Shown piece by piece: positions 23,401 through 32,400 of a stretch of DNA of 64,000 bases (positions within the stretch are counted from its first letter, which is position 1; every line of letters begins with the position of its first letter). The position numbers were made by a program, and so were the translations under genes. The DNA is from Candidatus Iainarchaeum sp. GTDB lineage: Archaea > Iainarchaeota > Iainarchaeia > Iainarchaeales > JAZDDZ01. Under the pieces are notes generated by a model. It did no database searches, was not told where the DNA came from, and saw only the letters and a program-made list of their open reading frames with translations. The stretch lies in contig JAZDDZ010000007.1 of the NCBI GenBank assembly GCA_043809245.1, forward strand, positions 14,434 to 78,433. Direction: 5' to 3'.

Positions 23401-26400
23401 CCACCACACGCCTGTGTCAGCGGAGCCGACAACAGCGTTTCCTGCGCGGTCCGTGATTCTGATGTAAACTTTTCTCTGGCCGTCACGCGTAGTGCAGCCA
23501 TACTGTGTGGAATTGGGCTTCACGTCAAAGTTGGAATAATATTTTGTGTATTGCCCTTTTGGGCTGAAGTCAACGCCATTGCAGCTGAAAGCCATGTCAT
23601 GCAATCCCGCGATTAAGTCTTTTCCGTTCACAACCAATGGAGGCGCATCATCGTTCGTGTAGCCTAATGTGCCGCTCCACTGCGCCACATCAAGCTCCAC
23701 ATTCACATCATATGGGTTTGTTGTGTCTATTACAAATGAATCGCCGTCATCGAAAAAGATAAGGCCGCCGAAATCAGTTTTATCTCCCTGCAAGGTAAGC
23801 ACTGTGTCATTGCTTGAGTTGGCGAGAATCTGGTTGCCTGCCTTGTCCTTGAATTTAACGTAAACAGTCTTGTTTCCGTCAGTGTTGGAGCAGCCTCCCT
23901 GCGAATCGTCCAATAAGTTGAAGTCAAAGTACTGCGACTTGTATACAACCCATCCAGTGAAGTTGTTTGCATCGCAGCTGAAGGACATTTCATGCAATCC
24001 CGAGAGGGCATCTGAAGCGGTTGTGTTAAGCAGGGGCGTTGTATCGCTTGTATAGCCTGTTACATAGTAGGCAGCGGCATTGATTGCAACGCTTCCGGAA
24101 GGCACTGTCGCATCATATGTTGTTGAATCCGATGCGGTGTAAGCCCAGCTTCCTAATGAAGGGGAATAGAACTGCGCGTAAATTGTTTTTGCGCCCTCTG
24201 ATGCGCTGCAGCCCGCGCCGGAGGTAATGTTGAAACCGTTGTAGTCGCTTTGCATTACCGCTTCAGCGCCCCAGGTGCTGTTGTCGCAGCTGAAGCGGAT
24301 TGCATTCACATCAAGTGATGCTCCCGCCTGTATTCTCATTTGCGGGTTTGCGTTGTTTGTGTAGCCTGAATTGTCTATAATGTCAATGTCTACTTCGCTT
24401 GGGCCGATTGGCAAGTCAAGCGTTGCAGTTGTGTAAACCGTGACCGTGTTGTTCAAATTGTCCCTGGCCTTGGCGTAAATTATTATTGCGCCGTCGTTGT
24501 TGGAGCAGCCTGCGCCGGAAAGGGCATTGAAGTCAATCAAGGCAGCCCTGTTTTCATCAACATAGTAACTGTTATAGTCATACCAGGAGCTGTAAGAGGA
24601 ATTGTCACAGCTTAGGGCGAAATCTTTTACTCCCGAGCCGTCATCGTATGCCGAGATTACAAGCAATAAGTTTGCATCGGTTAGAACAGGCGCATTGCTT
24701 GCAATTGAAACGCTTGCATTCGGGGGATTGATGTCATAGTAGGTTGTGTCCGAAATTATTTCGCTTTCATTGAATGCCTTGTCCCTGGCTTTCGCATAAA
24801 CCGTTACAAGCCCGCTCTCATATCCCGGGCAGCCGAGATTATAGTCGCCTATGTTGAAGTCATCTGTTGAAGCATTCAAAGTGGCTGAATAATTGAACCA
24901 GTTGCTCCAGTCCTTTCCATTGCAGGAGAACTTCATTGAATCCAAGCCGCTGCTGCCAGTGTCAGTTGCGGTTATGTCAAATTGCGGGGAAGTGTCATTT
25001 GTGTAGCCGCTGGAATCTGTTATTGTGAAAGAGGAAACTATCGGGATTGTGCGGTCCAAGTACAGGGAATTCGCGGGCGAAATCTGGACCGCTGATGCGC
25101 TGTTGCCTATGCTGTCGGAGTAAATCGCGTAAACAGTCCTGTTGCTGTCGGATGAAGAGCAGCCGTTTGCTATAAGGGTCACGTCAAATGCGCTGTAGGC
25201 AGAGGCATAGCTTGCATTGGATGAATAAGTCGCATTGTCGCAGGAGAACTTCATGTAATATGCAAGGGTTGAGGTTGTAGACATCGGGGGCGTGATGTTG
25301 TTTGTGTATCCGTTTCTTCCGCTGAAAGTTGAAATGTTCACTGAGTTGCCTGTTGGAGCGCCTGCGTCATCGTAAAAGATTGTGTCATAGGCGCTTGAGC
25401 CGTTGTTGTCTTCCGCGTCCTGGAACCTGGCGTAAACTGTTTTTGAGCCGTAGCCGCTGCTTGCCTCCGCATCGCAGCCCACTGCGCTGTTGTCAGCGCT
25501 TAAAATGCTGAAAGACTTTGTGCTGGAAACCGATTCCCATGCAGTCCACGCTGTTCCATTGCAGCTGAATGACATGTTTGCAACGCCTGAAGCGTCATCG
25601 GAATATGTGAGGGATAGGTCAAGCGTTGTGCTTGTCGTGCCAATGTCTCCGCTGTTAATCAGTATCGAGCCAGTTGGGCCTGTTGTGTCGGCAAAATTTG
25701 AAATAATGAGTTTTGCGGGTGAAGAAATTGTTTTGCTTTTTCCCTGGTCGTCAAAGATGTTTATGTCAATGTAGTATTCGCCTGTTGCAATTGCTGAAAG
25801 GTTCCAGTCATAGCCGCAGTCAGCCTGGTTTGAGAAGTTAACGTCAGAGCAGGGCTGCGGGAACGCGAAAAGTTTTTCCCTTAACAGCTCGCCTTTTGAA
25901 AGCGCGCGGTTGTAGAGCTTTATTTCGTCAATGCTTAACATTCCCGGGTAATTGGGCAGGGTGCCTGTGTTGGTCATCCTCATTCCGAAATAGGTTGTAT
26001 TAGTGTAATTTGGATAAATGCAGGGCACGCTGGCAGGCAGTGTTGCGCTTGAATCAGCGTAACCGTTAACGTAAAGGCTGATTGCACTGTTTTCCTGAGA
26101 GCAGGTAACTGAAAGATGGTTCCAAACATTGTAAGTGAAATTGGATGTGGATGTGATTGTGGTCAAGTAATTTGGAGTGGACTCTACACTGCGACTGTAT
26201 GAGACTGTTCCTCCACTGTTCCTTGTAAGCACACCCAACCAATCTGACAGCGCCCAGGTCTGCGCAGAGCCTGAATCCTTAGGGTATACCCACATTGAAA
26301 GCGTGAGCGCGTTGGTTAAAGTTGAAAAAGTGAAATCATTGGCGATTCTCAGCTTTTCAATTGTGTTTAAGTCAACTGCCCATTGCCCCATTTTTCCCGC

Positions 26401-29400
26401 AACCCAGTGGGAGCCCACATTGGTGTATGTAGAGCCGCTGCTTGCGAATATGAGCCCTAAATTAGTGCCGACTCCCCCTTTATCGTGGGCTGTGTACCCG
26501 CTGCCTTCGTCCAAGGGCCAGTAACCAATAAGGCTTGGGTTTGCAAGAGAATTCAGGTCAAAGTTCTGCACTAGGGAATTGGAGAACTGCCCTGGAGAAG
26601 AGGAATAGTAAATGCTTGCGTGGAGGTTTCCGCTGAAAACATTGAAGTCAGCGTCAGTCACATTGAAGTCTATGAGGAAATTGCTGTTGTATCTTGCGTT
26701 AATTGTTGTGTCCTGCAACAGGACATTGAAGTTTGCGTCGGGCGCAACAGGAGTTCCGATTACAGCGTGCATTGTATTGGTTGGCTCTGTTTTGCCTAAA
26801 TTGTCAATGCTGTAAAACTGGATTGCATAATTTCCGTCAGCGCTGAATGCAATTGCCGAATTGTAGTCAGCCCAGGAACCGTATGACACTGCGTTTGAGG
26901 CATCAGAGTCAAGCCTGTATTTTGTGGAAGCGCAGGCTGAATTGTTTTGCGAATAGATTTCCTCGCCTCCAAGCAAGTATGATGGGGGCGTGGCAATGTC
27001 TTTTTTTACGCTTAAATTGTCAAAGGAAGCGGCAACGCTGCCTGAATAAACCTGTGAAAACAAGCCAAAGTAAGGCGCACTCGCGGATAAAGGCGCTGAA
27101 TTAAGGGAAACATAGGAGCCTATTTGCGTCCAGTCAGTTCCGTTAAATGAGATAAGGTAAAGGTTATAGCCGCCCCTCCGTATAATTCTCAGCCACGCAG
27201 GCAGGGTCGTGGAGGCATAGCTTGGCATGCTTCCCACATAACACCCGTCAGGATAGCGCCTTACTACTTGGAAATTATCTCCTTCCCCTATAGCTTCCTC
27301 CCCACAGTATACGCTCCTACTTGCATACTTATACCTTCCAAAATAGTCTGCAGCTATACCGCTGGTGCCAACCGATAAATTGCCAACATATATGCCTGTA
27401 TGCGTGTCATTGTTAACAGTATAGCTGTTCAGCTTTGCAGTCAAAGCCCAGTCACCTGAATTGCCTATATTGAAAGCCAGAATCTCATAATCATTAGTGG
27501 AGTTAAACAACAGCCTTCCGCTTGTTTCCACAAGTATGTTTGCGTCACTGCCATTATTTGTTCTGAAACCCCTTGCTGGAAGCGTTTTAAGGCTGTTGTC
27601 GTTGAAGTTGTCCCCTAAGTAAAAAATGTCAGGGTAATTGTTCGGCGGCGACCCAGCGCTTGGGTTTCCGTAAAAAAGGAAGTAATTGTAGTCAATTGTT
27701 CCCGCAGAAATCGTGTTTTGCAGCTTGAATTGGATTACAGTATTTGTTGTATTGCAGCCGATTACTTCCCTGCTTAACTCTGTTGTGCCGTTATAGGCAA
27801 CCCTTAAGTCACTGCAGTTGCTTTTCATTTTTCCCGCGGCAATAAGCGCTGCAGTGTCAATTGCGTTGACGTCAAGGGTATACGTGTTGTTAAGCGTGGT
27901 TGCTGACGCGGAATTGTCAATTGTTATGATTTTCCTGTAAGCGTAATCCGAGTCAAGCCAGCCGCGCGGCGAAGAGCAGAAAAGGCTCGCGCTAAAGCCG
28001 CTTGGAATGAAACCGCTGTTTATGTCGCTTGAAGTAACAGGGCCAAGCGCGTTAACAAGGAATGAAACCATGCCAGTGCTTGAGGTGTTAAGCAGTGCAT
28101 CCCTGCACGCATAATAGCGGGTATAATTTCCGTCGGCAAGATTGCCTAAATCGCATGAGAATTGGCTGGCGCTTCGCGTGCAGGAATTGGGGAGAGAGGC
28201 AAATGAAAGGTTTGCTGTTCCCCAGCTGCAGGAAACACTCGCGGCATTAAAGTCAGTTATGTCAAGCACAATGCCTGTTGAAGAATCATTGGTTGAATCA
28301 AGGTATGGAGCGGTTGAATCTCCGCCAATGTTGTTGATTGCAATAACTGGAGCAGTGTTATCCAATTCAAAGAATGCATCAGAGGAATCAACTGCGTTAT
28401 TGTCCTGCGGGTCAAAGGCATTCAGGTCAATGAAGTAATTGCCGTCTGCCACGCCATTGATTGTTTTCCACAGGTAAACGCATTTTGTTGAATCAGAGAA
28501 ATCGCGGTCAGCGCACCATGAAATCCTGCTTGCCTCAGCTGCGCTTAAAGCCCTTCTGATGAAGAAGGGCTCGTCAATCGTGCCGGCAAAGCCCTTGCCA
28601 ATGTCTATTTCTTCGCTGTTGTTCATGTTTGCAGTGGAATTGTCTGTTCCAGTGCAGGCAAGTGCGCCGTCAACGTAAAGATAACAACTGTTAGTTGAAA
28701 CATTCCTAACGCCTATGATGTGGTGCCAGTGGTTGTCGGCAATGCGTGAGCCATAGCATACACAGGATAAGCCGTTCCAAAGATTGTTTCCGACAGAAAA
28801 TGTGGCTAGTCCATAAGGAACGCTAATAGCCCAGCCTGCAATGGGCAAAGCATAATAAGTAGAGTATTTGCTGATTAGGTCCCCTGACAAATCAGTTGTT
28901 TTGACCCACATTCCAACGCTGAAACTGTCAGCCAATTTAATGTCAAAGTCAGGGTCATCGCCTCTTGTGGCGTAAGAGTCAGGGCTGTCCGAAAAAGTTA
29001 TTGCCTTGTCAAAAACCCCTGAAACCCAGCTTACGGAGCCTGAGAGCGCTAGATTATTTGCAGCCGTGGTGTTTGCGTCGCGCAGTGTTGTTCCACTGCC
29101 TTCACCGAACTTCCACCAGGACTGGTAAGTGGCGGGCACAGTAAAAGCATTGGCAAGATTTACATTGTCAGCAATTTGGTTCTGGAAAGCGCCAGCTGCA
29201 CTGGAATAATAAATGTCTGCGTATAACACGCTGCTGTCTGAATCCAAAACATTGAAGTCAAGTAAATAGTTTCCGTCATTCGGGTAAGAGATTTGCTCTC
29301 CGCCATTCGGAAGCGCGAGCACAACTGTTGGAGCTGCACCGCTGTTGTTTATGCGGAAGTTCTGGTCAGAGGAATCAACCGCGTTATTGTCCTGAGGGTC

Positions 29401-32400
29401 AAAAACGTTGATGTCAATGAAGTAATTGCCGTCAGGAAGAGCGGAGTAATTCCAATCGTAAGTGCATCGCCTTGAAACCGAAAAATTGGAGCTGGCACAC
29501 CTTCCCGGAACGGAAAGATTATAGTCGTTAAGTATTTGGTTCTCAAAAGCGCCGGGTGTTGAAGAATAATAAATGTCGGCAAACAACTGGTTGCTGTCTG
29601 CATCAGATACATTGAAGTCAAGGGTTTTGTTTCCCTGCAGGAAATACGTCCATGTTTGGTTTCCGTTGGGGGAATTAACCAAAGCGGTTGGCGCAGCGCC
29701 TTGTACAGTGAATGAAACCGCGGCAGCGGTTGAAGCATTCAATGCATTATCCCTGCAAGAATAATAATAAGTATAAGAGCCGCCAGTCAAGTTTGTGAAA
29801 TCGCAGGTTACTTGGCTGCCGGAAATCGCGCCGCAGGCATTGGCCATGCTAGCATAGGCAACATTCGTTGAATCCCATTTGCAGGAAACACCATTTGAAT
29901 TGAAATCCGAAATTGAAAGCAAAAGATTGGTGTCATTGTCAGAAACACTGTCAAGATAAGGCTCTTCGGTGTCCCCTGCCAAAGAAACAACCGAAAGTAC
30001 AGGCGCTGAATTGTCAAGCGAGAAATACGCATCAGAGGAATCAACGCTGTTGTTGTCCTGAGGGTCAAAAACATTTATATCAAGGAAATAATTGCCGTCG
30101 GAAACAGCGATAATGTTCCAATCGTAAGTGCATCTCCTTGAAACCGAGAAATTTGAGCTGGCGCACCTTCCGACAACAGACAAATTCCAGTCATTCACAA
30201 TCTGTGTGGTAAAAGCGCCAGCGGAAGAAGAATAATAAATGTCGGCAAACAACTGGTTGCTGTCCGCGTCTGAAATGTTAAAATCAAGCACCGCATTCTT
30301 ATCTCTAACATAAGAATTCGTGTCACCGCCATTAGGGGAATTTACCCGAATTGTTGGCGCAGCGCCTTGTACAGTGAAGGAAATCGCTTCTGCGGTTGAA
30401 GCATTCAATGCGTTGTCACTACAGGAATAATAATAATCGTAAGTTCCTGCGGCAACACTTCCGAATGCGCAAGTTATTTGATTGCCATCAATGGCGGAAC
30501 AATCATTCGCCATGCTCGCATAGGCGACATTCGTTGAATCCCATTTGCAGGAAACACCCGCAAGATTGAAATCCGAAACCGAAAGAAGGAGATTGGAGTC
30601 GTTGTCAGAAACACTGTCAAGATAAGGCGCCTCAATGTCGCCAGCCAAAGAAACAACGGAAAGAATTGGCGCATTATTGTCAACAGTGAAAAACGCATCG
30701 GATGAATCTGCTGTTGCGGCGTTTGATGGGTCAAACACGTTTATGTCAATGAAGTAATTGCCGTCGCCCAAAGAAGAAAGCATTGTCCAGCCGTAATTGC
30801 AGTCAGTGGAGTCAAGGAAATTGGTGTCAGCGCATTGCCCCAAAGCATTTAGGTTCAAGTCATCAACTATCTGCGTGGTGAAAGCGCCTTGGCTGTCTGA
30901 ATAATAAATGTCAGCGTAAAGCCAGTCGTTGTCAGCGTCCATTACATTGAAGTCAATCGCATAATTGCCGTCCTTTGCGTAAGAAATTGTTTCACCGCCA
31001 TTGGGTGCGTTTACGTTTGCATCAGGCGCAGTGTTTGCAACGTTGACTGTGAAGGAAAGCGTGGTGATTGCGGAGTTGTTGTCCATTGCGTCGCCGCAGA
31101 CGTAAAAGCGGTTGTAATCGTTGTTCATCAGGTAGCCGAAATCGCAGGCGTAAAGATTGCTGTTCTTGGCGCATTCTGTTGGCGAAGCCATTTGGGAATC
31201 GGAACTCCACCAGCATTTCACTCCAGCAAGCTCAAAGTCGTTGACGTCAAGGATTGCGTTTGTGTCAAAGTCCTTGAGTGTGTCCTCCCAAGGCGCGGAA
31301 GCGTCATTGGCTAAGCTTGACACGGAAATTGTTGGCGCAAAATTGTGCACCAAAAAGTTGTAATCGCTTGAATCCGTGGCGGGCGTGTTCTCTCCGTCGG
31401 AGACATTCAAGTCAATGAAGAAATTGCCGTCAGGGACAGCGGAAAGATTCCAGTTATACCAGCATTTTGTTGAGGAAGCAAAGGAATTGTTAGTGCAGGA
31501 AATTTTGTACAACTGCATTATTTCATCCGCGGAAAGCGCGCGGCTGAATATGCGGAGGTCGTCTGCTTTTCCTGTTGAGTAGGCGCCGCCAGTGGGGTCA
31601 TAGCCTAAATACAGTGCGCCGCTGGAATCGTTGACGTCGCCTGAAGCTGAAGCGGAATTGCATTCCCCGCCGTTAACGAAAATTTTCCTGTCAGAGCCGT
31701 CAAGAGTGCAGGAAACCATATACCATTTGTTTGCGTCAAAGGTTCTCGTGCAGGAAATTGAGTCGCCGCTGGAAGCGGTTGCAAGATAGCATGTGGCGGA
31801 AGTGGTTGTAAGGCTTAAGCCCTTGTCTTCAGCGCCTGAAACCCATTTCCTTAACATCATGCTAGGCGTAGCCCACATGGAAATCGTCGCACTGGTTCCG
31901 AGTGCAAGTGAAGTCGGGCCGCTTGCATACTTGTTTGTTGCTGCCTGCAAGCCCGGGCCGAATTTTCCTGAAACCCAGCTCATTCCTCCATAAGTTGTTC
32001 CATTGCCTCCATTGCCGCTAAGGTCATTCACAGTGCTGCCGTTGTTTTCATCAATTGGCCACCAGAGCAGAAGCGAGGCGTCGCTTAGGATTCCGAGGTT
32101 TGCGTCCAAAAGTTTTGTGCCATATGCTGCTGGAGACATTGAATAGTAAATTGATACATTTAAGTCAGTTGAATCTGCATCGCTTACGTTGAAGTCAATT
32201 GAGATGTTTCCGTCGCGGTTATAGCTGTAGCGCTCGTAGCCAAGGGGCGAGAAAAGTGTTGCGTAAGTCGGCTGGGTTGACAGAACTTGGAAGGAAATTG
32301 AAGCGGTTGCAGAGGTATTAAGGCCAAGGTCTTTGCAGGCATAATAGCGGTCGTAAGCGCCTGAGCTTAAGTTTCCGAACGAACAGGTTTTAAGGCCTGT

